Assembly (NCBI GenBank): GCA_963693365.1
Contig: CAVNZM010000006.1
Location: 3,038,001-3,102,000 of the forward strand
Reading direction: 5' to 3'
Source: Amoebidium appalachense
Lineage: Eukaryota > Protista > Ichthyosporea
DNA length: 64,000 nucleotides
Positions 1-12,605 of this stretch are shown here, one piece after another. The position numbers and the translations under genes are program-made. The notes below the pieces were generated by a model. That model saw nothing but the letters and a program-made list of their open reading frames with translations, searched no databases and had not been told where the DNA came from. Position 1 is the first letter of the stretch. Each line of letters starts with the position of its first letter.

Positions 1-1092
1 CTGTGCCGTTCCAGGCACGACTTCCACCTCCACCTTACTCTCTTCCACCACACCCTTCTCCGTTTCAACACTCGAAAGCGACAGCACCAACCTCTTAACC
101 AACACCGCCTTGGTTCCCTTAACATCCAGCCCCCTCCCCGCCAATGCCTCTTTCAACTGTGCGATCTTCATCTTTGCAGGGGGAACAGACTGTCCCATCC
201 CAGGAACATCGGGTGCACAATGACTCACAAACACCTTTGCCGGTTTCGCCGCTGAAAGCGCTTTCCCCCGTGCCTCTGTCAACACTCCCTCCCCTCCAGT
301 TCTTAACGGCTGGCACGTAACACACGCATACACTGTCCTTCCCGCCATATCCCACGTCTGCACCTGTGTGAAACATCGGCCACATTTGTCCTGATTGTAG
401 ATGTATCTGCGTGACCACTGTGCCCCGATGTTTTCTTCTGAATCGACAGTGAGAATGGAGCCCGTAGTAAAACCACGCTGCAGCAACAACACACTGTGGC
501 GCCACAGTGTCTCGAACTGGTCTCGTGTTATGGTGGCTGCTGGTTGCTCCGGGTGCACTCCAGACTTAAAAAGTATCTCTGCTCGGTAAATGTTCCCTAT
601 CCCCGCGACGGCAGATTGATCCATTAAAAACAACCCCACTGGCTTATTCTTTCCCTTCTGGATTTTCGCCCAAAGCCTTTCTTTGTCCGCATCTTCGCGC
701 AGAGGGTCAGGTCCCAGCTGCTTGCACTTCTCCTCATAAAGAGAAAAGGGGCCGTGTTCGCACGTCATCGCTGAGAGATGTGCCAACGTGCCCGTCTTTT
801 GGTGAACGAGACGCAGGCGAGTTGTGGGTGTGGGTTCTGGGCCGGGTAGTTTGAACGTGGAAAACTGCCCCGACATGCCAAAGTGTATGTGCACTACAGT
901 AGGTGTCTTTTCACTGCCGAAAAAATAAAACAGGTTTTTTCCATGTGCCTCTATTCTGTGCAGTTTCTTGTTGTGAATAAGTTGTGCTCCATCTGCAAAT
1001 CGGCCGTTTGGGGAAGATGCTTCAAATGCTTTGCCAAGCAGCAGCTTGCAGAGTGCAGCTGCCACCCTATGTACCTGGTGTCCTTCCACCAT
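1..1092 (-). CDS. Fpg/Nei-family (endonuclease VIII-like) DNA glycosylase with C-terminal SAP domain; 3' end runs off the window
   Basis: Manual translation from ATG 1092 is open to base 1. It starts MVEGHQVHRV and contains HGKNLF and HFGMSG, the H2TH motif LMDQSAVAGIGNIYRAEILF, a zinc finger C-x2-C...C-x2-CQP, and a SAP-like KMKIAQLKEALAGRGLDVKGTKAVLVKRL. It is absent from the ORF track because no stop lies in the window. Confidence 0.92.
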   Translation of the reverse strand, partial: MVEGHQVHRVAAALCKLLLGKAFEASSPNGRFADGAQLIHNKKLHRIEAHGKNLFYFFGSEKTPTVVHIHFGMSGQFSTFKLPGPEPTPTTRLRLVHQKTGTLAHLSAMTCEHGPFSLYEEKCKQLGPDPLREDADKERLWAKIQKGKNKPVGLFLMDQSAVAGIGNIYRAEILFKSGVHPEQPAATITRDQFETLWRHSVLLLQRGFTTGSILTVDSEENIGAQWSRRYIYNQDKCGRCFTQVQTWDMAGRTVYACVTCQPLRTGGEGVLTEARGKALSAAKPAKVFVSHCAPDVPGMGQSVPPAKMKIAQLKEALAGRGLDVKGTKAVLVKRLVLSLSSVETEKGVVEESKVEVEVVPGTAQ

Positions 1093-1729
1093 TTTCAGTG
1101 CGTTTTTGCGTGCGTGCGTGCGTGCGTGTGTGCGCGTGTGTATGTGTGTGTTCGTGCTTGTGTGTGTCCTCGACGGGCAGATATCATCAAACATGCACGT
1201 CAACTCAAGCACTAGCTGCAGCACAGCTGCTCACTTCTGGATGAGGAACAAATGTTACGTTTCTGATGGAAAAACGGAGCTTTCGCTATTTTATAGTCTT
1301 TTTTGATTGTTTAGTTAACCTCTAGAGAGTTTATAAAACATTTTGATTCGTCCTTATGCTTTCTTTAGCCCTCAATATCACATGGACGTTTGGCTTTTTT
1401 AGTTGAGGCTCATGAGACCACCATTCACTATAGCTAGTACTCATTTCAGCTCGGTCAAGCCCGCGGAGGAAGCTCCCTCTCGTGTTTAGAGTAGACGGGC
1501 CGACCCGTTTCCTAAAGTGACCTGCAATCACAGACCGATCTCAAATTCCGGTTTTTGATGTTAACGGCGGTCTACGGGGAAGGGGAGGGGGGAGGGGGGG
1601 GGGGGGGGGGGGGGAAGGGTGGGGGGGGGGGGGGGGGGGGGGGGGGGGGAGGGGGAGGGGGAGGTGACGGTGGGAGGGGAGTTGGGGGGGGGGGAGGAAG
1701 GGGGAGAAAAGGGGTTTTTTTTTTTTTTT

Positions 1730-1768
<39 letters not shown>

Positions 1769-1786
1769 TGAGGGTGGGAGGGGGGG

Positions 1787-1832
<46 letters not shown>

Positions 1833-1853
1833 GAAAAGGGTTTTTTTTTTTTT

Positions 1854-1896
<43 letters not shown>

Positions 1897-2308
1897 GAAG
1901 GGTGAGGGGGGAGGGGGGAGGGGTGAGGGAGGCCTGCTGTGTGTTAAATTGAATGTACCAGTGTGCAGTGTGAGCTCTGGAGAGAATCCAAAAGAAATAT
2001 AAAGGAAAAGACGGGAGAGAGAACGGGTTGTGGTGTGCATGTAAGAGTGCGTGTGTCTGCAGGTGTGCTCGACTTGGCATATCACCGAGTCATAGGTATG
2101 ACTCGTGGAGGGTGTACACGTAAGGCTGGCATGCTGCGTATGACTGTCAGCTGTACAAAAAAACACACAGTGTGTGTGTGTGTGTGTGTGTGTGTTTGTG
2201 TATGCGTGTGTGTGTATCTCTGTGTGTGTGTGTGTTTGTGTATGTGTGTGTGTATCTTTCTCTCTCTGTGTGTACATGTGTGTGCGCGCGTGCCCCCGTG
2301 TGTGCAAG

Positions 2309-2405
<97 letters not shown>

Positions 2406-2476
2406 CTCGCGCATGTGTGCGCCTGTGCATGCATGCCATTCGCGTGCATGTGTGTTTGTGTCTTTTTTTTTTTTTT

Positions 2477-2507
<31 letters not shown>

Positions 2508-2674
2508 TAAGGGAAGGATGGGGAGGGGGAGAAGGGGAGGAAGAGGGGGGTTGGGGCGGGGGTACTAGGGATATAGTAGCTAGAATGTTTAGGAGAACTG
2601 AGCATGCAAGTGTCTGCGTAGGGGTGCACACATAGCCCCGTATCACTGACAGGTATCAAACCGATGACCTTTAA

Positions 2675-3017
2675 AGGGCCCAGTCACATCTGCAAAGTCA
2701 ACTTTGCTCCGGGCAGAAAGAATCTGCAAAAGCGGAATTATTCTGCTGAAAGGAGTGTTACTCTGCGAAAGCATAATTTCAAAAAAGGAAATTTGTGCTG
2801 TAAAAGCAAAACTATCCTACTAAAAGCAGAGTTGTTCGGCAAAAGGCAGAATTGTTCTGGTTGAAGCAGGCTTCTTCTCCAAATGATTTATTCTGTTAGA
2901 AGCAACATTGTTTTGCTAAAAAAAACCTTGATTATTCTGCTTGGAGCATGTTCAGTATGCTGAAGTGAGCCGACTATTCTGCTTTTTTGCGGAATAATTC
3001 TGCTTTTTGCCGGTTTT
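2675..3017. mobile_element. MITE family A, truncated copy with one TIR
   Basis: Starts AGGGCCCAGTCACATCTGCAAAGTCAACTT, matching the TIR of 18413-18853. Internal AGCAGAATWATTCTGCT-like palindromes. Confidence 0.7.
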
Positions 3018-3416
3018 ATTTAGAGAAACGTCAGGCCGTCTCCAAGTGTCCAAGGAACATTAGACAATCCCACCGTGCAAACATGTGGGTTGTGGTGAGG
3101 AAGGATATAAAGAGGGAGAAGGGCTAGGGGGGGAGGGGGGAGGGGAGGGGGGAGAGGGGGGAGGGGGAGGGAGGTGGGGAGGGAAACCACGTGTGTGGTT
3201 TGATGCTGGGTGGGGTGGGGGGGGGGGGGGGAGGGGGAGGGGGGGGAAAGGGGCAGAGTTAGGTATGTGGTTGGCGACGCCGTATGTGCTCGATCGCGCA
3301 CGCCCACTCTGTGGTTTGTTTTTGTGTGTAGCAATTTTGGGCTGAGGTTTAAGTAGCATTGAATTTGGTAGGAGGGAAAGGTGGGGGAGGGGGGAGGCGG
3401 GGGTTGGGGGGGGAGA

Positions 3417-3449
<33 letters not shown>

Positions 3450-4020
3450 TAACTTGAAGCCTGCTTGAAGCTAATGTCACCATCTACTTCCCCAACCCCC
3501 TCGAGTGAGAATTTACGGAAGGGAGAGGATGGCACCCATGCCTTTCCCAGCAATATGAATACAGGTGGCAAACATCAGCTTCCTGCTTTCCCCCCTCCCC
3601 CCTCACCCCCTCCCCCTTGCATCCCGTCTCCTCTCCCTCTCCGTCCCCCCCTCCCCCCACCTTTTCTTGAGTCCCCGCCTCCCCCCCCCCCCCCCCCCCC
3701 AACACACACACATACACACGCACACGCACACACACACACACCCTTCTGTGTCTGAGTGCTCTTAGGGCATGATATGATCTCTCCGTTTAAAATTGCTCAT
3801 GCCGTGCTTGTATATGTGTGCCGTAATGGGTGTGGTTACATTGTACATGTGCTTTTTGAGTGTGTGTCTGTTTTTTTTTTTTTTTTTTTTTTTTTTGTGG
3901 CGTGGGAAGAGGTTATGGGGGAGGGGGGGACTCTTCCGAATGTGTGAACGAGAACGAGGTGGCATTCACGACCGGGGGAGGGGTGTGTGTGAGGGGGGGG
4001 GGGGGGGGGGGGAGGGGGGG

Positions 4021-4465
4021 TTGAATGCGTCATAAAGTACGAAGTACACAAGAACAACGGATAACACGATGCAAAATGCAAACCATACATAAAGAGTATG
4101 CATAATAAGCAGAGCCCATCCTCAGGGGGGGCCCACGTCATCCACAGTACCCGAGTTTCGACCCATTCACCTCGTTAACGAAACCCAACTCAGATACTGT
4201 TTCACTTGAACATGGGTGGGTCACCCGTCTTGATCAGAGACGAGCAGGGTTACTTATGCACGCAAGGGCAGTGGAAAGGCCGGGGGTTAAAGTTGCAGCA
4301 GTAAGCAGAAGGGGGGGGTTTTGAATGCGTCAAAAAGCACGAAGTACACAAGAACAAACGGATAACACGATGCAGAATGCAAGCCATACATAAAGAGTAA
4401 GCATAATAAGCAGAGCCCATTCTCAGGGGGGGGACCCACGTCATCCACAGTACCCGAATTTCGAC
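4021..4465. repeat. Direct duplication of a ~145-bp unit (4021-4165, 4321-4465), member of a dispersed intronic repeat family
   Basis: TTGAATGCGTCA...AAGCAGAGCCCAT.CTCAGGGGGG...CACAGTACCCGA occurs twice. Related copies lie at ~12890-13000, ~14720-14805 and ~15030-15130. Confidence 0.8.
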
Positions 4466-7077
4466 GGGGGGGGGGGGGGGGGGGGGGGGAGAGGGCAGAG
4501 TACGGTGGGTGAGAGATTACGGGGGAAACGGGTTCAGAATACAATTTCAAACAGCAGTCGCTATGCACAAACTCAAGAAGACACCCCAATAGCCACGTGC
4601 ATTTGTGGCATTAGCTGCGGTTCTTGTATGCACGTTTTATAATATCTGAGTCTATATACTGTGATAATAGGTGGTCTTAGGAAGTTGAGGCAGGCATTTT
4701 TTTGGGGGTTACCCCTTTTTTTTTTTAGGGTGGGCGGGCAGGCGGGCGCAGGAAAAGGGGGGAGGGGGAGAGGTTGTATGCACATGCACCCGCCTGTGAG
4801 GAAAAAAATGGCTTCCATAGAGACAAACTTCTTGTGTGTTGTTGGTGCCGTTGGCATAGACTAAGTGCAAGCACCTAAGCCTTACGAGATAACGTCTTCT
4901 ACGCATTTCAAATACTTCGTGCACAGCAGCCCCCCCCCCCCCCCCCCCCCCCCCTCCCCCCCCCTTCTCTTCCCTACCCCCTAGGTTCGTACTTGACATC
5001 AAACCCCTCCTCCCCCCCCCTCCCCTCCCCCCCCCCCCCCCCCCCCCAAAAAAAATATGTATATATAAAAAAAAAATAAAAAATAGACGACTGGAACCTC
5101 GTGGCCACCCCCTCCCCCCCCCCTCCCCCCCCCCCCAAATCTCCATTTCTAACTCACACCTCCCTGAACCGTTAACTTACTGTGCTATGCTATAATCCAC
5201 CACACCTACTCCTTACGAAACAGCAAACTACCGATAAAATGCTTCATCTTCTCAAAATCCATCCCAGAAGATTTCCGTCCCCCATGCCCCCCCTCACCTC
5301 GCGCCATGCTCAACACACCCACACCACACTCCACCTCCCTCAACTGACCCACAGACTGCGAAAAAGGACCCACGGGGCCCGAATTACAACGAGAAGCAGG
5401 AAGCTTGGATACAGTTTGGGGTGCTTCACTGTTGCTCCCAGGCCGACTTCCTGTAGAGCGTGTGTGCCGTAGTTTACTCGCAGGTAAAGATTCCTGCGTG
5501 CGGTCGGTATTTGCTTTCGAAAAAGTGCGGGATGCGGTGGAAAAAATGGAGTCGTGGCTAGCGGCGATAGGGGAGGGATAAAGACTGCCCCTTTTTTCGT
5601 GCGGATAGGCCAAGGGCGAGCTATTACTTTGAATAGTATTTGGGCAGGAGGCACGGGTAGATGCACGACGGAGCAAATTACTGAGTTCGTGTCTGAGCCC
5701 CCCCGGGGGTCTAACCTCACGTTCCGTGTTGCTTCGAGTGCGCCTGGCTGTCTGGTACGTGTCGTATTGCTCATTGTCATGGTATCCCGTGGATATACAT
5801 GCAGTGTGTGTTGCACTACGGTGTAAGGCAGCAGGAAGACATGTGCTCCGTTCGTTTTGGTGGTTGATGGGAAGAGAAATTATTCTGTTGCCAACAACAA
5901 CCCAAGGTTGGTCAAGATTGAGGGTTGGAGGAAATGTTTGTGGTTGCTGTGATGTACCGGGTACCGGTATGCTTGGGGGGAAGAAATGGTTGACAATGGA
6001 ACTGGTGAAAGAGTAGTTGCCTGGGCTGTAAGTGCTCTCTGTGTGCAAATCATACACCGGTTGTAAGTTCTCTGTGTGTGTTGCTTCAGATGACAATGAA
6101 TTTATAGCTGGCGCGTACCCTGGGGAAACCTGTGTGGAGGCCCTGTGGAGGCTTGTAAACGAGTTCGTGAGGGTTGTGGGTGCCGTGTGTGCAATGCTGG
6201 TTCGTTTTGTTTTCTTCCCCTCTTCTTCCGTGGGGTCGTTCTGTCTGGACACACTTGCCATGAATCGTGTGTCTGCCGCCCATTCCCTGCCTGTAACTTC
6301 AGAAGCGTTGTTGCTTCCAGACGCCAATTTCTTGTCTTTGCTTCGTTTCTTTCTGCCTTTCGAATCATCCTTTTCCTTGCCTTTTTTGTCTTTTTTTGCT
6401 TTGACTTTGTCTTTCTTTTTCGTTTTTAGTGACGCATTTCCCCCCGTGAATCTATCTTGCTGGCGAGTTCACACTCATGTGCGTGCTCTGCATTCGTGCG
6501 CACACGCAGAGTGATGGGATCTGTGGGCCTTGGTGTGGCCCACGTGCTGTACAATGCGTCTTGGGCAAGTAGCTGGCGGTGGAGAGCTGCAAACCTACGG
6601 TGAATGGCTGTCACACGTGACCGCACACTTATGATATCGAGAAAGGGCTCCTTCGCAGCTGTGAGAGGAGAAAACGAATTCGAAAAAGGGACGTTGTCTG
6701 TTTCGCGAGTGGCGGCAGGGTCTGTGCGTGTCCCCGCGCCAACTGTGTTGTCTGCCATCATATGTGACGGATAATGGAGAAACTATGAACTTCAAGAAAT
6801 TTGGGCAAAAACAAATACTGTATGGCCAATTATAAATGGATGCGACATGTATATTGCATCTGTTACACGGTACTACGTGTAACACGTTACATTGCATCTG
6901 TTACACGTAGGGCTACATCGTATTTACTTTATCCACACTGAAACATATGTGTCTATTCCTTCATGAACATACCGTTTATCAGGTCTTTTACTGAGTCAGG
7001 CATGTAACATGCTTCGTGGGTTCTGTGAATTCTGTTTACACACGAACATGTTTGGTTCAAAAAGGGGAACTTGCAGC

Positions 7078-7484
7078 CAGGGTTGGGCTGGGGTTGGCCA
7101 GCTTAACCGTATTGTCCTTTGGCCAATCGTAACGGACAGTTTCTTAATCGTAACGGGGGGGTTCTTGAGGATCTGTAAGCCCAGCTAAAAACGCCCCTCC
7201 AGTCACAAAACTCAAAATACGCGTTTATACAAATTAAGTATCGCAAAATTATAAGCCCTGGACACTTGTCGGGGTTCGATATTGCTCATGAGAAGCGCTT
7301 TAGATATGTTCTTGAACAGAAATATTGAGAAAATGACATACAGTTAGATATTAGGGGGCCTAGAAGCGTTTATAATGCTATACATCTGATACGAAAGCTG
7401 TTACGACGGCACCCTAACCTTATTCGTATCGGGGTCTTTCGTTAATTGTAATTACGACGATTTTTTTTCGTAATCCCCCCCCTG
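7078..7484. mobile_element. Non-autonomous hAT-type element (MITE), copy 1
   Basis: CAGGG...CCCTG termini flanked by a perfect 8-bp TSD CTTGCAGC (7070-7077, 7485-7492). Closely similar to 34652-35062. Confidence 0.92.
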
Positions 7485-7494
7485 CTTGCAGCAG

Positions 7495-7905
7495 CTGTTG
7501 ATTGGGTGAATACGCACCACGTGCCCAAATGCGATTGGTTAAGACATTGAGCTGGAAAATATTCTTGGCTCACCGGCTATTATCTTCATAATTATCTTAA
7601 ATAACGTAGGCAATATATTATCTCGTCAATAACTATGTTATCATAATATTGCTACGCATTATTCCTATATTATTACTGCACCATTACCTTGAGCAATCCG
7701 CGTGCAAGTCAGATCAGTGTCACGTCAGTGACGTCATTCCAAGCTAACTGATTACGTAACGCGAACACACCAATAGAAACGTCCGTAGCAACGGATTGGC
7801 TTATGATTGGTCCTTTATGCACAATTAGATCGCGATCCGCACTATCAGTGATTTCCCATGATTTGATTGGTTATACTGATAGCCACGTCATAAGTATAAA
7901 CTGGG
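7495..7905 (+). promoter_or_regulatory. Putative promoter of the C2H2 gene: CCAAT boxes, CRE/bZIP sites and TATA
   Basis: Several ATTGG/CCAAT boxes, TGACGTCA (~7729), CACGTCA twice, TTACGTAA (~7752), and TATAAA at ~7895, about 170 bp upstream of ATG 8064. Confidence 0.55.
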
Positions 7906-8063
7906 GAACAACCACGAACATACATCAGTTTGACAGTGTGGCGTTTGGGTAAAGACAGTCTTCATTTGAACATAGAAAGTCATTTGAAGTTGTGTTTGGA
8001 ACAAGAATAGTATTTTTGCTAGACAAACGTCAACTAATACACTTTTGGCAAAAACACAGCAAA

Positions 8064-9119
8064 ATGGCGGATTTTGATGATTATCCAGACCTCCCTTCTG
8101 TTCCTAACGCAGAAGACGAAGTACTGGAAGGGGATGACGGGCAAGCACAAACAGAAATCCCTGTGTGTGAAAACGACACGGTATCCATACAGGAACAGAA
8201 CATGTATTACAGCCACGACAACAGCAACATTAGTCCTTCACAGAACGAGGATTTCGACTCGCAGGCCACAGAACCTGAGGATTTTAGCACACACGCCCAG
8301 CTTAGAGTCATTAATTCCCCAGGAAATGTGGTAGGGACAGAATACGACATCATATACAGATATTACCACGGCAGCCCACCACACACCACACCATATGAAA
8401 ACACACGAGCACACGTGGGTGAGTGGACAGAGAGCGCTGGGTCGTCTACGTTTGCTTCCTCTGCAGCTACCTACGGAGTCGTTCGCAGGCCCACGGATTT
8501 CAGTATTGCTGGCCTTTTGGGGTCCCGAGGCGAACAGCCGAACGTGGTTTATTCACCCGTGCTTTCAGAGACAGAGGCTCCTTGCCTAAGAAGCCCCGAA
8601 AGTGCAGTTACATACGTGCATAACGAACCGGATATGGTGGATGCCCGCTTGGCCTGCACCGAGACTTACAACGATACATTTGCTGACAACGATACGGATT
8701 ACGAGGAAAATTCAGCAGAGGAAAGGAAGAAAGCGAGAACTCCCAAGAAAATAAGAACTTTGGCTGTGCGCACACCAAAAGCTATCGAGAGAAAGGGTGG
8801 GAAGAAGAAGGGAAAGATAACGAAAACAACACGGAAAATCAAGAGCGAACCCGGTACGGACAGCTCGGAGACTTCGAAGAAGAGGAGGGTGCGTCCAAAG
8901 GGGCCGGGGGGGAGAACGAAGGCAGCGTTTTATAATGGACAGCGTGTCTGGGAGTGTCTGGAGGGGGACTGTGTGAGATGCTACACCACGTGCACAGCTC
9001 TTTTCTTTCACATGAAGAAGCAACACAAAATCGAGGAGCCACGCCAGTACTACCGTCAGAAGGCTAATATGCCTTGTACGAAGCTGCAGCCTGTCCACCG
9101 TGCATCTGGCTCGGAGTAA
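8064..9119 (+). CDS. Intronless C2H2 zinc-finger protein (putative transcription factor) with eh1-like motif and basic NLS
   Basis: 351-aa ORF from the first ATG. Acidic N-terminus, FSIAGLL at 8499-8519, Lys/Arg-rich stretch, and one finger WECLEGDCVRCYTTCTALFFHMKKQH at 8949-9026. Confidence 0.85.
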   Translation: MADFDDYPDLPSVPNAEDEVLEGDDGQAQTEIPVCENDTVSIQEQNMYYSHDNSNISPSQNEDFDSQATEPEDFSTHAQLRVINSPGNVVGTEYDIIYRYYHGSPPHTTPYENTRAHVGEWTESAGSSTFASSAATYGVVRRPTDFSIAGLLGSRGEQPNVVYSPVLSETEAPCLRSPESAVTYVHNEPDMVDARLACTETYNDTFADNDTDYEENSAEERKKARTPKKIRTLAVRTPKAIERKGGKKKGKITKTTRKIKSEPGTDSSETSKKRRVRPKGPGGRTKAAFYNGQRVWECLEGDCVRCYTTCTALFFHMKKQHKIEEPRQYYRQKANMPCTKLQPVHRASGSE

Positions 9120-9920
9120 TATTAATTTTAGCGCAAAATGTGTGATGGATTTTTTTTTTTGGTCCTTCTGTTATTTTTAATATTAAAATGTTGTTGTTAT
9201 ACAGAGTTGCTACCTTCTGAGGCGAGAATATATCGCTCTCTTCAAGATGATACGGTTTCAGAATGTCGTTGTTTTACATATGTGTAGCTTAACCTCACTC
9301 TTTCAGAACATTCTATGGTGTTTTTGATGTGCAGACGTTGTAACAATATAGAGGAGAACTGTCAAGTGGGTTAGTTTCCCGAATGGAAAGGCCCCGATTA
9401 GTTATTCTTCCCTATTGACTTTGAGGTGGTGGATTTTGTGTGTTTGTAAACGCATAGCACTGCTAGTTTGTGTTGATTGAAACCGTGTACATAGTATTCT
9501 CTTCAGAGTGTGTGTATTGGTGATAGAAAAATAAAAATAAATGCGAGGTGAACTGTGAAATAGCGAGGAAAAAGCCAAAAGAAAGAAAAAAAAAGGGAGA
9601 GGAACGTGGGAGGGAAAGGGGAGGTTTTCTTTGTGTAGGAAATAGTAGAAACACAAAAAAATGGGTAAGGGAGGGGAAGAGGGAAGAGAACCAAAATAAA
9701 ATCAGAAAATAAATAGAAAATACTAAAGTTTTAAAAAATGGTTTGTATAGTTATATTTTTTTCCAAATATTACCCACTCGAATACTGCAGTGACTGTCAA
9801 ACAACAGGGTTGATTCCGCGGCAATAGAATATAATAAATAAAGTTTACAAAAATAAAAGAGAAGAGAAAAGTTGAGCCCCCCCCCCCCTCCCCCCCCCCC
9901 ATAATAATAATTAAAATAAT

Positions 9921-9963
<43 letters not shown>

Positions 9964-11701
9964 CTTGCCATGATATGCATCGTAACGGTATAACCGAAGT
10001 ACAGTATTTAGGGCTTGATTGCGACAGATGGCGTGGTTGGGTGCTTTTCAGCGGGTGGGGGATCACAGTCAAATAAATGACCAACCAATAAACTCAAACA
10101 TTTCGGCTACTTTTAGTGAAACCATGCGTATTTATGCCATCACATTGAATGAACCCTTCACCCCCCCCCCCCCCCCTAGATCTCCCCCCCACCCTCCCGG
10201 GCCTTTCCCCCTCCCCAAAAGGCAAAAGCAATGCAGACACACGGACCACCACCACAACTTTATAGATCTCCTCGCATCAGCCCCCCCCCCCCCCCCCCCC
10301 CCCCCCCCTTCTCCTCCCCCTCCCCCCCCCCCCCCCCCCCCCCCCCCCCAAACAAACAAACAAACAAAAACAAACGGAAATAAAACCCCCAACAAAAAAT
10401 GCATACACTCAGCACGGTAAACGACCAAGCATACCAGTTGCAAGTAGACACCACACACACAAAAAAAAAACGGCGCAGTTTCTTGGTTGACTGTGCTTTT
10501 TTGTCTAATCCTCCCTTTCCGGGTATATCGGGTTGGGATGTGGGGAGAAGGGGGGTGGGAGAGCGGGAGGGGGAGGGGAGAAGGGGGTTGGGAAGGAAGA
10601 TGCTAGTCTCACGTTGCTTTCTCTTCTCCTGATCTCTAAGATTTGTCTATTTTAAGAAAGTGAACCAGAGGGGAACCGAGAAGAAAAAGTAAGACTGTAG
10701 ATGTTTATATGGATTGGGGGTGATGGGCAATGAGTGGAAATGGTGTTATGTTGCAGGCGGGGGAGGTACTTCCCCTCCCCCACCCCTCCCCCCCACCCTC
10801 TCCCCTCTCCTCCCCCTCCTCCTCCTATCCCCCCCCCTCCTTACCTCCTCCCTTCCCCCCCTTACCCCCCACCCTCCCTCTCTGCCCCTTCCCTATGCCT
10901 CTTTTTGGTGGTGGTTTTCGACCTGGTGGGTGAGTGGGTGGGTGGTGGTGTGTGTGTGTGTGGGGTAGGGGGGTAGGGGAGAGGGGGGGGGGGGGGGGGG
11001 AGGGGGGAGGATGGGTGGGTGGGTGGGTGGGTAGTAGTGGTGGCGGTGGTGGTTGCGGCGGCGACAGCTGGGGGGGGGGGGGGGGGGGAGGATAAAAGTG
11101 GGTCACACAGTACAACGGGGGGGGGGGGGGGGGGGGGGGGGTCCTATAAATGCACAAAATAAGGGAGTCAAATACCACGTAATGGGAGGAAAAGGGTAGG
11201 GGGAGTATAGGTGATCGTTTTTATCACCGCAATTGTGTTGGCCTGCAACATAGAGTCCAATGCCCCTAATTTGGTTATTTGGCTGAAGGGTAGACACATG
11301 TCTGCACGTGCATGCCTCATGCCCTTCCCGCGGGTGTGCTTTGGCTTTTGTGTGTGTGTGTGCATGCACGTGTATGTGTACCGATATTGACGGATATATA
11401 TGCTACCGTAAGTAGTTTTTATTGTACATTGATGGTTATCTCTATGCTAGCAAACACCTTCCATAATTAGATGTCCATTGCAGATGTCTACTTAACACAA
11501 ATTACATACACCCTGAGAGCAACGTGGGTATGTGCTTAGGTCTATTGTACAATCTGTGTTTTTCGCTAAATCCGAGTGTTTGCAGGTATCCAAGCATAGA
11601 GTTCCAGAAATCCCTCCTAACATTGTGTTCCATCACTACGAGAAACTCTTGGAAGTTAATGCAAACAAATCACATGATCTATCGAAAACACAAGGAAGTT
11701 T

Positions 11702-12574
11702 CTAGAACACAACGATGTTCCTACATCTGCCTCTTAGTACTAGGTGACCTTGGCGACCCATCATCATTTTCCGCATTCCACACATCCTCAGATTATCCAA
11801 TGAGATCTTTGCCATAGCGGGTTCCAGAACCCCAGCAGCCAATCCCGTGAGCCTCCTCTTTGGGTTATACACGTGGTGGTGTGCTGTGCTCAGTTCATTG
11901 ATTATCGAATCAAACCAAAGGCTTAGTTCGTCAATGTCGATGTCGTCTTGGGAGTCACCGTCGAAAAAACCATCCATGCTGTCCTGTGGTTTTTTGTTTT
12001 TTTTTTGGATCGGAGGGGAGGGGCGGGGGGGAAGGAGGAAAGAAAGGGGGGAGGGGGGGGGGAGGGGGGGGGGGGGGGGGGGGGGGGCAGAATGTGTTAT
12101 TGAGTATGAAGTACACTTTCATCTTAAGGACAAAATCATGGGGGAGAGGGTGGGTGAGTAGCGGGCAGGCAGGGGGGGGGGGGGGGGGGGGGGGGGGGAC
12201 AAAATTATGTAGATTGCATAGCACACATAAAGGATGAATAACAGGCAGAGCCCAGGGGGAGAGGGTAGGTGGGTGGGGGCCAGGGGGGAGGGGGGGGGGG
12301 GGGGGAGGGGGGGAGGGGGGGGGGGGGGGGGGGGAGGGGGTGGGGAAGGAAGGACGATTTTTATGGAGGGTTGGACAAAAGGGCAGAGGGGAACGTGCTA
12401 GTGGTAGTGGTGGTGGTGTGTGTGTGGGGGGGGGGGGGGGGGGGGGGGGGGGGGAGGGGGTGGGTGTTGGTGTGGGGGGGGATTCGGAAAGAAGGGGCTT
12501 TAAGATATAGGGATGTGCCAGGTGCCTTAAGGGTAGATGCTTGGGTGTTGAATGGTGGGAAGGGGAGGGGGAAG

Positions 12575-12605
<31 letters not shown>

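Larger units (their letters stand above)
2570..6758 (-). pseudogene. Degenerate multi-exon gene, probable paralog of the bestrophin-like gene at 11.7-16.4 kb, with a long low-complexity N-terminal exon
   Basis: ORFs 6426-6761 and 5206-6327 join through one frameshift into a ~1.5-kb Ser/Thr/Lys-rich exon. Downstream fragments RKLMFATCIHI (~3580, after cag) and VIRGYVCTPTQTL (~2646) resemble [10 protein letters not shown] and [11 protein letters not shown] of the upstream paralog. It has stops, frameshifts and a MITE at 2675-3017. Confidence 0.4.

Noticed and set aside
1541-2659. Long poly-Pro/Gly/His-Thr/Cys-Val ORFs here and throughout the window
   Set aside because: They are translations of homopolymers and (CA/GT)n or (CT/GA)n microsatellites, not proteins.
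7992-8063. Track start of the C2H2 ORF
   Set aside because: It is a GTG start; the first ATG, in good context, is at 8064.
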